Part shown: piece by piece, positions 12,854 to 25,515 of the stretch
How positions within the stretch are numbered: position 1 is the stretch's first letter
How the letters are laid out: each line of letters starts with the position of its first letter
NCBI RefSeq assembly: GCF_001457615.1
Contig: NZ_LN831024.1
Coordinates: 5,490,001-5,522,000 of the forward strand
Origin: Pseudomonas aeruginosa
Lineage (GTDB): Bacteria; Pseudomonadota; Gammaproteobacteria; Pseudomonadales; Pseudomonadaceae
DNA length: 32,000 nucleotides
Direction: 5' to 3'
Program-made: the position numbers and the translations under genes
The notes under the pieces: generated by a model
The model's input: the letters and a program-made list of their open reading frames with translations, nothing else
Database searches by the model: none
Told to the model about the DNA's origin: nothing

Positions 12854-14119
12854 ATGAAACGTCGCAGTCTGCTCAAGGCCTTCACGCTGTCCGCGTCCAT
12901 CGCTTCCATGGGCCTGTCCTGGTCCATCCAGGCCGCCGAAACCATCAAGGTCGGCATCCTCCACTCGCTGTCCGGGACCATGGCGATCTCCGAGACCTCG
13001 CTGAAGGACATGGCCCTGATGACCATCGACGAGATCAACGCCAAGGGCGGGGTCAACGGCAGGAAGCTGGAGGCGGTGGTGGTCGATCCCGCGTCGAACT
13101 GGCCGCTGTTCGCGGAAAAGGCCCGCCAGTTGCTGACCCAGGACAAGGTCGCGGTGGTCTTCGGTTGCTGGACCTCGGTGTCGCGCAAATCGGTGTTGCC
13201 GGTGTTCGAGGAACTCAACGGATTGCTGTTCTACCCGGTCCAGTACGAGGGCGAGGAACTCTCGCCGAACGTCTTCTATACCGGCGCGGCGCCGAACCAG
13301 CAGGCGATCCCGGCGGTGGAGTACCTGATGAGCGAGGACGGCGGCGGCGCCAGGCGCTTCTTCCTGCTCGGCACCGACTATGTCTACCCGCGCACCACCA
13401 ACAAGATCCTGCGCGCCTTCCTGCACAGCAAGGGCGTGGACGACAAGGACATCCAGGAGGTCTACACGCCGTTCGGCCACAGCGACTACCAGACCATCGT
13501 CGCCGACATCAAGAAGTTCGCCGCAGGCGGCAAGACCGCGGTGGTCTCCACCGTCAATGGCGACTCCAACGTGCCCTTCTACAAGGAACTGGCCAACCAG
13601 GGCCTGGAAGCCACCGAGGTACCGGTGGTGGCCTTCTCCGTAGGCGAGGAAGAACTGCGCGGCATCGACACCAAGCCGCTGGTCGGCAACCTCGCGGCAT
13701 GGAACTACTTCGAGTCGGTGAGCAATCCGGTCAACGAGAAGTTCGTCGCCGACTGGAAAGCCTACGCCAAGGCGAAGAACCTGCCGAACTACGGCACCGC
13801 GGTGACCAACGACCCCATGGAAGCCACCTACGTCGGCATCCACATGTGGGCGCAGGCCGTGGAAAAGGCCGGCAGCACCGAGGTCGACAAGGTTCGCGAG
13901 GCGATGGCCGGGCAAAGCTTCAAGGCGCCATCCGGCTACACGCTGGTCATGGACAAGAGCAACCACCACCTGCACAAGCCGGTGATGATCGGCGAGATCC
14001 AGGACGACGGCCAGTTCGAAGTGGTCTGGAAGACCCCCGAGCCGCTTCGCGCGCAACCCTGGAGCCCGTTCATCCCGGGTAACGAGAAGAAGCCGGAGCA
14101 TGCGCTGAAGAGCAACTGA
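12854..14119 (+). CDS. urtA: Urea ABC transporter substrate-binding protein
   Basis: MKRRSLLKAFTLSASIASMGLSWSIQAAETIKVGILHSLSGTMAISETSLKDMALMTIDEINAKGGVNGRKLEAVVVDPASNWPLFAEKA... is characteristic of UrtA, and an urtBCDE set follows. Confidence 0.96.
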   Translation: MKRRSLLKAFTLSASIASMGLSWSIQAAETIKVGILHSLSGTMAISETSLKDMALMTIDEINAKGGVNGRKLEAVVVDPASNWPLFAEKARQLLTQDKVAVVFGCWTSVSRKSVLPVFEELNGLLFYPVQYEGEELSPNVFYTGAAPNQQAIPAVEYLMSEDGGGARRFFLLGTDYVYPRTTNKILRAFLHSKGVDDKDIQEVYTPFGHSDYQTIVADIKKFAAGGKTAVVSTVNGDSNVPFYKELANQGLEATEVPVVAFSVGEEELRGIDTKPLVGNLAAWNYFESVSNPVNEKFVADWKAYAKAKNLPNYGTAVTNDPMEATYVGIHMWAQAVEKAGSTEVDKVREAMAGQSFKAPSGYTLVMDKSNHHLHKPVMIGEIQDDGQFEVVWKTPEPLRAQPWSPFIPGNEKKPEHALKSN

Positions 14120-14152
14120 GTTCTGCCGTGAAGAACCCTGCCCCCCTGACCA

Positions 14153-14181
14153 GGCGTTCCCCTGAACGGAACGGGAACGCC
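14153..14181 (+). other. Intra-operon hairpin between urtA and urtB
   Basis: GGCGTTCCC...GGGAACGCC is a 9-bp perfect stem with an 11-nt loop. A second potential G/C-rich fold lies just downstream (CCCCCTCGTCCTTCAGGGAGAGGGCGGGG). Confidence 0.6.
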
Positions 14182-14264
14182 CCGGTCGCGCGCCTAACGG
14201 CCCCCTCGTCCTTCAGGGAGAGGGCGGGGACCGGCCATACCGCACGTCGCCCAGGAACCCCAGC

Positions 14265-15854
14265 ATGCCCCTTGCCCTCCTCACCCGCCCGCTCCAGGCC
14301 TGTGTCCTGGTCCTGGCCGCCCTTCTCGCGGTGACGGCCTACGCCGGACCGGCGCAGGACTTCGCCGCTGCCGACAACGGCGGTCGCGCCCACCTGCTCG
14401 AACACTGGGCGGCGACGCCCGACGCCGATCGCCTGGCCTTTCTCGAAGCGCTGCGCCACAACCGCATTGCGCTGGACAGCCGCCAGCAGCCATTCATCCT
14501 CGGCGCCGACCAGCGTTTCCAGGCCGCCGAAGGCGACGCCCTGCCGGACGGCGAGCCGAAGCCGCTGCGCCTGAACAATCGCCTGCGCGGCCTGCTCAAC
14601 ACCGCCCTGGCCAGCCACCAGTTGGTGGCCAACGAAGTGCCGCTGCGGCTGGCCGCCGCGCAGCAGTTGCAGAAAACCGCCAAGGCCGCGCAACGGCCGC
14701 TGCTCGAAGCGCGCCTGCGGATCGAGAGCGACGCTGGCGTGAAGGAAGCCCTCGGCCTGGCCCTGGCCAACCTGCAACTCGGCGATCCCGACCCGGCGCT
14801 ACGCCTTTCCGCCGTGCGCTTGCTCGGCGAGTCCGGCGATCCGCTGGCGCGAACCCGCCTGGAGAACCTGCTCGACCCGACGGTAGAACCGGAGGAAGGC
14901 GTGCGCATCGCCGCCGCCACCAGCCTGGCCCAGGTCAAGCGCCGGCTGCTGGTCGGCGACCTGCTCGGCCAGGCCTTCAGCGGCCTGTCGCTGGGCTCGA
15001 TCCTGCTGCTCGCGGCGCTCGGCCTGGCGATCACCTACGGCCTGCTCGGGGTGATCAACATGGCCCACGGCGAAATGCTCATGCTCGGCGCCTATTCCAC
15101 CTACGTGGTGCAACTGCTGTTCCAGCGCCTGGCGCCGGAATGGCTAGCGCTCTACCCGTTGCTGGCGCTACCGGTGGCGTTCTGCGTCAGCGCCGCCATC
15201 GGCATGGCCCTGGAGCGCACGGTGATCCGCCATCTCTACGGCCGGCCGCTGGAAACCCTGCTCGCCACCTGGGGCATCAGCCTGGTGCTGATCCAACTGG
15301 TGCGGATGCTGTTCGGCGCGCAGAACGTCGAGGTAGCCAACCCGGCCTGGCTGTCCGGCGGCATCCAGGTGCTGCCGAACCTGGTGCTGCCGTGGAACCG
15401 CATCGTCATCATCGGCTTCGCCCTGTTCGTGCTGCTCCTCACCTGGCTGCTGCTGAACCGCACGCGGCTCGGCCTGAACGTCCGCGCGGTGACCCAGAAC
15501 CGCAACATGGCGGCCTGCTGCGGGGTGCCCACAGGGCGCGTGGACATGCTCGCCTTCGGTCTCGGCTCGGGCATCGCCGGGCTCGGCGGGGTAGCCCTGT
15601 CGCAGGTCGGCAACGTCGGCCCGGACCTCGGCCAGGGCTACATCATCGACTCCTTCCTGGTGGTGGTGCTCGGCGGCGTCGGCCAGCTCGCCGGCAGCGT
15701 CCTCGCCGCCTTCGGCCTCGGCGTGGCGAACAAGATCCTCGAACCGCAGATCGGCGCGGTGCTGGGCAAGATCCTGATCCTCGCGCTGATCGTCCTGTTC
15801 ATCCAGAAACGCCCGCAGGGACTGTTCGCCCTGAAAGGGAGGGTCATCGATTGA
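14265..15854 (+). CDS. urtB: Urea ABC transporter permease
   Basis: Long N-terminal extension, then LSLGSILLLAALGLAITYGLLGVINMAHGEMLMLGAYSTYVVQ...NPAWLSGG...GRVDMLAFGLGSGIAGLGGVALSQVGNVGPDLGQGYIIDSFLVVVLGGVGQLAGS, a LivH-like permease typical of UrtB. Confidence 0.95.
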   Translation: MPLALLTRPLQACVLVLAALLAVTAYAGPAQDFAAADNGGRAHLLEHWAATPDADRLAFLEALRHNRIALDSRQQPFILGADQRFQAAEGDALPDGEPKPLRLNNRLRGLLNTALASHQLVANEVPLRLAAAQQLQKTAKAAQRPLLEARLRIESDAGVKEALGLALANLQLGDPDPALRLSAVRLLGESGDPLARTRLENLLDPTVEPEEGVRIAAATSLAQVKRRLLVGDLLGQAFSGLSLGSILLLAALGLAITYGLLGVINMAHGEMLMLGAYSTYVVQLLFQRLAPEWLALYPLLALPVAFCVSAAIGMALERTVIRHLYGRPLETLLATWGISLVLIQLVRMLFGAQNVEVANPAWLSGGIQVLPNLVLPWNRIVIIGFALFVLLLTWLLLNRTRLGLNVRAVTQNRNMAACCGVPTGRVDMLAFGLGSGIAGLGGVALSQVGNVGPDLGQGYIIDSFLVVVLGGVGQLAGSVLAAFGLGVANKILEPQIGAVLGKILILALIVLFIQKRPQGLFALKGRVID

Positions 15855-16926
15855 ACCAGCCACTCACCGTCACCCTCGCCCGCCGGGCCGGCGGCCGCGT
15901 CACCGCTATCGCGCTCGGCGCAGCCTTCGCCACGCTGCTGGCCATGCCGCTGCTGCACCTGCTGCCGGCGGACAGCGCGCTGCACCTCTCGGCCTACAGC
16001 CTGACCCTGACCGGCAAGATCCTCTGCTACGCCATCGTCGCCCTCGCCCTCGACCTGGTCTGGGGCTACGCCGGCCTGCTGTCCCTCGGCCACGGGCTGT
16101 TCTTCGCCCTCGGCGGCTACGCCATGGGCATGTACCTGATGCGCCAGGCCTCCGGCGACAGCCTGCCGGCGTTCATGACCTTTCTTTCCTGGAACGAACT
16201 GCCCTGGTACTGGGCCGGCACCCAGCACTTCCTCTGGGCGCTGTGCCTGGTGGTGCTGGTGCCCGGCGCGCTGGCCTTCGCCTTCGGCTACTTCGCCTTC
16301 CGCTCGCGGATCCGCGGCGTGTACTTCTCGATCATGACCCAGGCCCTGACCTTCGCCGGCATGCTGCTGTTCTTCCGCAACGAGACCGGTTTCGGCGGCA
16401 ACAACGGCTTCACCGACTTCCGCAGCATCCTCGGCTTCCCGATCACCGCGCCGGGCACCCGCGCCACCCTGTTCCTCGCCACCGTCGCGCTGCTCGCGGC
16501 CAGCCTGCTGCTCGGCTGGCGCCTGGCGCGAAGCAAGTTCGGCCGGGTCCTCACCGCGCTGCGCGACGCCGAGAACCGCCTGATGTTCTGCGGCTACGAC
16601 CCGCGCGGCTACAAGCTCTTCGTCTGGACCCTGAGCGCGGTGCTCTGCGGCCTCGCCGGCGCGCTGTTCGTGCCGCAGGTGGGGATCATCAACCCCAGCG
16701 AGATGTCGCCGACCAACTCCATCGAGGCCGCCGTCTGGGTCGCCCTCGGCGGACGCGGCACCCTGCTCGGCCCGCTGCTCGGCGCCGGCGTGGTGAACGG
16801 CGCGAAGAGCTGGTTCACCGTGGCCTTCCCGGAATACTGGCTGTTCTTCCTCGGCGCGCTGTTCATCGTCGTCACCCTGTACCTGCCGCGCGGCCTGCTC
16901 GGCCTGCTGCGCAAGGAGAAGGAGCA

Positions 16927-16930
<4 letters not shown>
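15851..16930 (+). CDS. urtC: Urea ABC transporter permease, probable TTG start overlapping urtB stop
   Basis: LNQPLTVTLARRAGGRVTAIALG...YAIVALALDLVWGYAGLLSLGHGLFFALGGYAMGMYLM...GGNNGFTDF, a LivM/UrtC-type permease. No ATG exists near the expected N-terminus; TTG at 15851 overlaps the urtB TGA. Confidence 0.93.
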
Positions 16931-17784
<854 letters not shown>

Positions 17785-17797
17785 CGCCAGCCATCCG

Positions 17798-17868
17798 CTC
17801 GGCGGGTAGCGCCTGCCAAGTGGCGCCCGTCGCGTAGGGCGAATGACCGCTCGCGGTTATCCGCCGAG
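17798..17868. repeat. Palindromic intergenic repeat inside the urt operon (urtD-urtE gap)
   Basis: The outer arms CTCGGCGG...CCGCCGAG bound 71 nt containing GTAGGGCGAATGACCGCTCGCGGTTATCCGCC, the reverse-complement form of the family motif. Confidence 0.8.
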
Positions 17869-17920
17869 CCAGGTTGGGAATCGCAGTGAAGAACCATCAC
17901 GGGACAAATGGAAGAGAACC

Positions 17921-18619
17921 ATGCTGCAAGTCGACAAGCTCCACCAGTACTACGGCGGTAGCCATATCCTCCGTGGCCTGAGCTTCGAGGCGAAGGTGGG
18001 CGAGGTGACCTGCCTGCTCGGTCGCAACGGGGTGGGCAAGACCACCCTGCTGCGCTGCCTGATGGGCCTGGTCCCGGCCCGCGAGGGCCAGGTCGCCTGG
18101 GAAGGCCGTTCGCTCACCGGACTCAGGCCGCACCAGCGGGTCCGCGCCGGGATCGCCTACGTGCCGCAGGGACGGGAAATCTTCCCCCGGCTGACGGTGG
18201 AAGAGAACCTGCTGATGGGACTGTCCCGTTTCAGCGCCAGGGACGCCCGGGCGGTGCCGGACTTCATCTACGAGCTGTTCCCGGTCCTGCGCGAAATGAA
18301 ACAGCGCCGCGGCGGCGACCTCTCCGGCGGCCAGCAGCAGCAACTGGCGATCGGCCGCGCCCTGGCCAGCCAGCCGCGACTGCTGATCCTCGACGAACCC
18401 ACGGAAGGCATCCAGCCTTCGGTGATCAAGGAGATCGGCACGGTCGTCCGCAGCCTGGCGGCGCGCGGCGACATGGCGATCCTGCTGGTCGAGCAGTTCT
18501 ACGACTTCGCCGCCGAACTGGCCGACCAATACCTGGTGATGGCGCGCGGCGAGATCGTCCAGCAGGGCCGCGGCCGCGACATGGAGAGCGAGGGCGTGCG
18601 CGGGCTGGTGGCGATTTGA
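17921..18619 (+). CDS. urtE: Urea ABC transporter ATP-binding protein
   Basis: MLQVDKLHQYYGGSHILRGLSFEAKVGEVTCLLGRNGVGKTTLLRCLMG...LSGGQQQQLAIGRALASQPRLLILDEPTEGIQPSVIKEIG, a LivF/UrtE-type ATPase. Confidence 0.95.
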   Translation: MLQVDKLHQYYGGSHILRGLSFEAKVGEVTCLLGRNGVGKTTLLRCLMGLVPAREGQVAWEGRSLTGLRPHQRVRAGIAYVPQGREIFPRLTVEENLLMGLSRFSARDARAVPDFIYELFPVLREMKQRRGGDLSGGQQQQLAIGRALASQPRLLILDEPTEGIQPSVIKEIGTVVRSLAARGDMAILLVEQFYDFAAELADQYLVMARGEIVQQGRGRDMESEGVRGLVAI

Positions 18620-18702
18620 ACGGACTGGGACACACTGCCGCTGGCGCAACCGGGGCCTGCGCTGGCAATCTCTATGCCCTCGTCTTTCCGCAGGAGGTCG
18701 AA

Positions 18703-19155
18703 ATGACCGTCACTCTGCGCCCGGCCGTCCAGGCCGACGCGGGCTTCGCCGCGCTCTGCGTCGCCGCCGCCTATGCCCCGTGGATCGCGGTGATCGGCCG
18801 CAAGCCCTGGCCGATGACCCAGGACTACCACGAGGTGATCGCCAGCAACCGGGTCCTCATCGCCGAGCACGACGGCCAGCCGGTCGGCCTGCTGGTGACC
18901 CGGGAAACCGCCGACGGCTTCCTCGTCGACAACCTCGCCGTGCTTCCCGAATGCAAGGGCCAGGGCATCGGACGACAACTGCTGGAGCGTGCCGAGCGCG
19001 ACGCGACGAGCCTCGGCTACCGCTCGCTGTACCTCTACACCAATGAGCGGATGACGGAAAACATCGAGCTCTACGCCAGGGTCGGCTACCTCGAATACGA
19101 ACGCCGCCAGGAAGAGGGATTCCGCCGCGTGTTCATGCGCAAGGCCCTGGCCTGA
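18703..19155 (+). CDS. GNAT-family N-acetyltransferase
   Basis: [24 protein letters not shown]...[29 protein letters not shown]...[29 protein letters not shown] motif A is QGIGRQLL. The ATG at 18703 has upstream AGGAGG. The longer ORF from 18616 is less likely. Confidence 0.85.
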   Translation: MTVTLRPAVQADAGFAALCVAAAYAPWIAVIGRKPWPMTQDYHEVIASNRVLIAEHDGQPVGLLVTRETADGFLVDNLAVLPECKGQGIGRQLLERAERDATSLGYRSLYLYTNERMTENIELYARVGYLEYERRQEEGFRRVFMRKALA

Positions 19156-19163
19156 CCCGACCG

Positions 19164-20006
19164 ATGACCGCCGCCCTCCCCGACCTGAGCTTCCACCCCG
19201 CCTGGCACGCCCAACTGGAGCTGGCCTACGCCCGCGCCGGCGACGCCACCCGCCCGGTGACGCGGCGCCACTCCGGACCGCTGCGGGTGCAGAAGCACCT
19301 CTACGCCGAAGGCCCGGAAGTCTGCCAGCACATCCTCGTGCATCCGCCCGGCGGCATCGCCGGCGGCGACAGCCTGGCCTTCGACGTGCGCCTCGGCGAA
19401 CGCGCCTGGGCCCAGCTCACCAGCCCCGGCGCGGCCAAGTGGTACCGCGCCGCCTGCCCGTCGCGGCAGACCCTGGAGATCCACCTGGAGCCCGGCGCCA
19501 CCCTGGAATGGCTGCCGCAGGAAAGCATCGTCTTCGCCGGCGCCCAGGCCGAACTGGAAACCCGTATCCAGCTGCGCGGCGACGCCCGCCTGTTCTACTG
19601 GGACATGGTCGCGCTCGGCCGCCCGGCCAGCGGCGAGCGCTTCGTCAGCGGCCACTTCGTCGCGGCCCTGGACATCCGTCGCGACGACCGCCTGCTCTGG
19701 CACGAGCGCCAGCGCATCGACGGCGGCGACCGCCTGCTCGACTCGCCGATCGGCCTCGCCGGGCATCCGGTGCTGGCGACCCTGGTCGCCAGCGGCGAGA
19801 TCGACACCGACCTGCTGCAACGCTGCCGCGCGCTCCCCTGCGCCGGCCGCGGCAACCTCAGCCAGTTGCCCGGCGGCCTGCTGGTGGCGCGCTGCCTGGC
19901 CGACGAGGCGCTGCACGCGCGAGCCTGGCTGATCGAACTCTGGCGCCTGCTGCGGCCGGCGCTGCTCGGCCGCGAGGCCGTTCCCCCACGCATCTGGAGT
20001 ACCTGA
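19164..20006 (+). CDS. ureD: Urease accessory protein UreD
   Basis: [72 protein letters not shown], a UreD hallmark, followed directly by ureA. Confidence 0.97.
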   Translation: MTAALPDLSFHPAWHAQLELAYARAGDATRPVTRRHSGPLRVQKHLYAEGPEVCQHILVHPPGGIAGGDSLAFDVRLGERAWAQLTSPGAAKWYRAACPSRQTLEIHLEPGATLEWLPQESIVFAGAQAELETRIQLRGDARLFYWDMVALGRPASGERFVSGHFVAALDIRRDDRLLWHERQRIDGGDRLLDSPIGLAGHPVLATLVASGEIDTDLLQRCRALPCAGRGNLSQLPGGLLVARCLADEALHARAWLIELWRLLRPALLGREAVPPRIWST

Positions 20007-20007
20007 G

Positions 20008-20310
<303 letters not shown>

Positions 20311-20318
20311 GGCCGGCC

Positions 20319-20837
20319 ATGAGCGCTTCGATCCGCGACGCCGGCGTCGCCGACCTGCCCGGCATCCTCGCCATCTACAACGACGCCGTGGGCAATACCA
20401 CGGCGATCTGGAACGAAACCCCGGTGGACCTGGCCAACCGCCAGGCCTGGTTCGACACCCGCGCCCGCCAGGGCTACCCGATCCTGGTGGCGAGCGACGC
20501 CGCCGGCGAAGTGCTCGGCTACGCCTCCTACGGCGACTGGCGGCCCTTCGAGGGCTTCCGCGGCACCGTCGAGCACTCCGTCTACGTGCGCGACGACCAG
20601 CGCGGCAAAGGCCTCGGCGTGCAACTGCTGCTGGCGCTGATCGAACGTGCGCGGGCCCAGGGCCTGCACGTCATGGTGGCCGCCATCGAAAGCGGCAATG
20701 CCGCCTCGATCGGCCTGCACCGGCGCCTCGGCTTCGAGATCAGCGGGCAGATGCCGCAGGTGGGCCAGAAGTTCGGCCGCTGGCTCGACCTGACCTTCAT
20801 GCAACTGAACCTCGACCCGACGCGCAGCGCGCCCTGA
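20319..20837 (+). CDS. pat: GNAT acetyltransferase, phosphinothricin / methionine sulfoximine N-acetyltransferase-like (PA4866-like)
   Basis: [60 protein letters not shown]...[34 protein letters not shown]. Confidence 0.88.
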   Translation: MSASIRDAGVADLPGILAIYNDAVGNTTAIWNETPVDLANRQAWFDTRARQGYPILVASDAAGEVLGYASYGDWRPFEGFRGTVEHSVYVRDDQRGKGLGVQLLLALIERARAQGLHVMVAAIESGNAASIGLHRRLGFEISGQMPQVGQKFGRWLDLTFMQLNLDPTRSAP

Positions 20838-20853
20838 GCCCCAAGGAGCCCCC

Positions 20854-21159
20854 ATGATCCCCGGTGAATACGACATCCAGCCCGGCGATATCGAACTCAA
20901 CGCCGGCCGCCGCACCCTCGCCCTGAGCGTGGCGAACACCGGCGACCGGCCGATCCAGGTCGGCTCGCACTACCACTTCTTCGAGGTCAACGACGCCCTC
21001 GCCTTCGACCGTCCGGCCACCCGTGGCATGCGCCTGAACATCGCCGCCGGCACCGCGGTGCGCTTCGAACCGGGGCAGAGCCGCGAGGTGGAGCTGGTGG
21101 AAATCGGCGGCGGACGGCGGGTATACGGCTTTGCCGGGCGGGTGATGGGGGACCTCTAG
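20854..21159 (+). CDS. ureB: Urease subunit beta
   Basis: [82 protein letters not shown]. Confidence 0.98.
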
Positions 21160-21221
21160 GGCCCCACTGGCCAGGTTCGACCAAAGACAGCGAACACCGA
21201 CGATCGCCAAAGGAGCGTTCG

Positions 21222-22922
<1,701 letters not shown>

Positions 22923-22936
22923 TTCCCACGCGACGG

Positions 22937-22957
22937 GTCCCGGCGCCACGCCGGGAC
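22937..22957 (+). terminator. Hairpin terminator candidate after ureC
   Basis: GTCCCGGCG-CCA-CGCCGGGAC is a 9-bp perfect stem 15 nt after the ureC stop. Confidence 0.65.
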
Positions 22958-23040
22958 GTCGACCGCTCCGTTCGGACAGCTTGGCTTGTCGGCGCTAGCG
23001 GCGACAATGGCGCCTACCCGTAGCCGCCGGCAGTCCGTCC

Positions 23041-24408
23041 ATGTCCTCCCGCCAATCGTCCCGCAACGCTTCCACCCCGTATCTGGCCAAGGCCTTCCAG
23101 GCAACGGCCATCGTCGTGGTGAGCTACTTCCTCTACTGGACCTACCAGCTCTACCAGTACGGCGAGATTCCCATCAGCAAGAAGGACGTGATGCTGCGCC
23201 AAGCCATCCTCGCGCGCTTTCCGGCGGACTACGAGGTGGAGATCAAGGGCGCCGACCTGCTCGGCTTCGGCGAGAAATTCCTGGTCGCCTACGGCAATCG
23301 GCGCTTCGTCGGCAAGGCCTTCGCCATGGACGACCAGGTCATCGAGCGCCTGGAGCGGAACCAGGGACGGACCAACCTGCCGCTGGTGAAGGTGTTCTAC
23401 ATCGCCGAACCCGGCCTCCTCTCCTCGCTGCTCAACCTTTCCCCGTTCCTGGATATCCAGAAGAACATGGTCGAGCTGAGCCTCCGGGAATACCGGAAGA
23501 TCCAGTTGGTCCCCTTCGATCCGGACGCGAAGCGGAAACCGCGCGAGCAGTTCGAAACCGATTATGCCTTCCCCCAGCTGTTCAGCCTCAGCCAACTGGA
23601 AGTCGCCGACTACGACGGCGACGGCCGCGACGAACTGCGCCTGGGCTACCTGTCCTACGCCGGCGGTTCGGGAGGGACGCGCTGGTCGGTGATCTACGAC
23701 CTGAAGGACGGCGCGCTGACCGCCCATTCCGGCTATCCGGAAATGCTCGACATCGACGTCGCCCGGTTCATCCAGGCGGTCAACCTGTACGCCGGCCTCG
23801 ACGGCACCCTGCCACGCGACCAGCGTCAGCTGGAAGACGTGGTCGGCCGAGGCAGCGAGCGCTTCGCGCTGACCGCCGCGGAGCGCCAGGCACTGGTCGC
23901 CGACCCGCCGCAGCGGGACGACTACGCCAGGGTCCTGATGAGCCTTTCGCCGCGCTCGCCCTACGCCCCCGATCGCTTCATCGACCTCGGCGACGGCAGC
24001 CGACTGAGCCTGGCCCCGCGCCATACCGACGATTACTCGACCTTCCTCGACATCGGCGGGAAGAAAATCTTCGTCGAAGCCTTCTACGTCGACGACGACG
24101 CCTGCCACTGGTGCGAGCATCGCTGGCGAGTGATGGCTTTCCATTACGACGACGGTCGCTGGATCTCGGACCGCACCATCAACGGCGACGGCTTCAACGG
24201 GCAATGGCTGCGCAACGCGGAGCCGCTGGGCCTCAACGACGTTTTCGGTACCTACCGCGACCAGGGCCCGGCGGGCCTGGCCTGGTCCTTCATCGACCCG
24301 CGCTGGACCGCCTCCAGCCAGCATGACATGGACGATCCGCTGGGCGTGGGAATGCGCACCCTGTCGCCGGTGGAGCAATGGGTGAAGGAACGCTATCGGG
24401 AAAACTGA
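23041..24408 (+). CDS. Conserved hypothetical protein with one N-terminal TM segment (PA4869-like)
   Basis: 455-aa ORF MSSRQSSRNASTPYLAKAFQATAIVVVSYFLYWTYQLYQYGEIPISKKDVMLRQAILARFPADYEVEIKG... has natural, non-antisense-like composition and matches the known neighbourhood. Confidence 0.85.
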   Translation: MSSRQSSRNASTPYLAKAFQATAIVVVSYFLYWTYQLYQYGEIPISKKDVMLRQAILARFPADYEVEIKGADLLGFGEKFLVAYGNRRFVGKAFAMDDQVIERLERNQGRTNLPLVKVFYIAEPGLLSSLLNLSPFLDIQKNMVELSLREYRKIQLVPFDPDAKRKPREQFETDYAFPQLFSLSQLEVADYDGDGRDELRLGYLSYAGGSGGTRWSVIYDLKDGALTAHSGYPEMLDIDVARFIQAVNLYAGLDGTLPRDQRQLEDVVGRGSERFALTAAERQALVADPPQRDDYARVLMSLSPRSPYAPDRFIDLGDGSRLSLAPRHTDDYSTFLDIGGKKIFVEAFYVDDDACHWCEHRWRVMAFHYDDGRWISDRTINGDGFNGQWLRNAEPLGLNDVFGTYRDQGPAGLAWSFIDPRWTASSQHDMDDPLGVGMRTLSPVEQWVKERYREN

Positions 24409-24417
24409 GGCAGGCCT

Positions 24418-24684
24418 TCAGCGCAACTGGCTGTCCTTGCTGCCGCGGCGGTTGTAGCCGCTGAACTTCGCCTGTTCCCTGTCGTGCTCGGCCTGGCAGT
24501 TGACGCACAGGCGCACGCCGGGAATCGCTCGGCGCCGCGCTTCGGGGATAGTCGCGTCGCACTCTTCGCAATGGGTCAGGCTCTCGCCACGAGGCAACTG
24601 GCTGCGCGCACGAGCGATGGCATCCTCGATCGTGCTGTCGATCTGTTCCTGCACCGCACCGTCGTTCGCCCACCCGCTGGCCAT
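24418..24684 (-). CDS. DksA/TraR C4-type zinc-finger protein
   Basis: MASGWANDGAVQEQIDSTIEDAIARARSQLPRGESLTHCEECDATIPEARRRAIPGVRLCVNCQAEHD has the C-x2-C...C-x2-C zinc finger. Start ATG is at 24684. Confidence 0.93.
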   Translation of the reverse strand: MASGWANDGAVQEQIDSTIEDAIARARSQLPRGESLTHCEECDATIPEARRRAIPGVRLCVNCQAEHDREQAKFSGYNRRGSKDSQLR

Positions 24685-24809
24685 GACTGACTCCTCTGGC
24701 TGAAACCCTGGAACCTCCAGATATGGGCGTTCGCCCGCGGCTTTGCAAGGGCGGCGCGACCATCGGCCTGGCGTGGCACAATCGCCAGCCAAGCCTGGAG
24801 GTACACCGC

Positions 24810-25424
24810 ATGATGGGACCGTTCCGCCGCCTCGCCCACCTGATCGACCAGGGCCGCCAGCTCGACGCCGCGCTCGCCGGCGATCCGTTCGCTCTGCCGG
24901 CGCCGGAGGACCGCTATAGCGTCCGGCAACTGCACGGCCTGTATCCGCGCCGTCATCCCGGTCTCTACGCACCGCTGCTCGGCAGCCTGGCGCTGCTGCT
25001 CGGTGCCGCGCCGCTGGGTCTTGCCGCGCTGCGCCTGGCATTGCCGGAGGCTCCTTTGCGGCCGCTGGGCTGGCTCTCCGCCCTGCCGCTGCTGGCGGCC
25101 TGGCTGTGGCTGATCGCCCTGCTCTCCCGTGGCGCCAGCCTCGGCCCGCGCCTGGCCCGCGACGCCAGCCTGCTGCTGGTCGCCACCGGGCTCCTGCTGC
25201 GCCTGGCCAGCGGCGAGACGTCGGGCCTGGTGGCGCTCGGCGGCGGCGCCTGTGCCTGGCTGCTGTTCAACAGCCGGGCGATGCAACGCTACATGGAACT
25301 GGTCTACGCCCAGCGCCTGTACCGCGCCCAGTCGGCCAACCGCCCCGGTTCGGCGCAGCGGCGCCTGGCCAACCAGGCCGCCTACCGCGAACGCAAGCGA
25401 CGCGAGCGCTCCGGGCGATCCTGA
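24810..25424 (+). CDS. Hypothetical protein with two hydrophobic segments (PA4871-like)
   Basis: MMGPFRRLAHLIDQGRQLDAALAGDPFALPAPEDRYSVRQLHGLYPRRHPGLYAPLLGSLALLLGAAPLG...; GGAG precedes the ATG. Confidence 0.75.
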   Translation: MMGPFRRLAHLIDQGRQLDAALAGDPFALPAPEDRYSVRQLHGLYPRRHPGLYAPLLGSLALLLGAAPLGLAALRLALPEAPLRPLGWLSALPLLAAWLWLIALLSRGASLGPRLARDASLLLVATGLLLRLASGETSGLVALGGGACAWLLFNSRAMQRYMELVYAQRLYRAQSANRPGSAQRRLANQAAYRERKRRERSGRS

Positions 25425-25515
25425 GCCAGACTGTCGCCCTGCGACCTTCTGCGCATTGGCGGGCGTCGCCGACCTGCAGGCGCGGCAGCGCAACATGGGC
25501 CTGGCCTGAAATCGC

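Noticed and set aside
12334-14101. Several long minus-strand ORFs over the urtA promoter and gene
   Set aside because: They are antisense to clear UrtA and have no domain similarity or plausible RBS.
18661-18680. Possible sigma-54 promoter TGGCAATCTCTATGC before the GNAT at 18703
   Set aside because: It has GG-N10-GC spacing but poor matches to CAC and TTGC. It is only about 25 nt upstream of the ATG, and such chance matches are common in GC-rich DNA.
23014-24378. 454-aa minus-strand ORF opposite the 23041-24408 gene
   Set aside because: It is an antisense mirror of a better-supported + strand protein with an N-terminal TM and natural composition.
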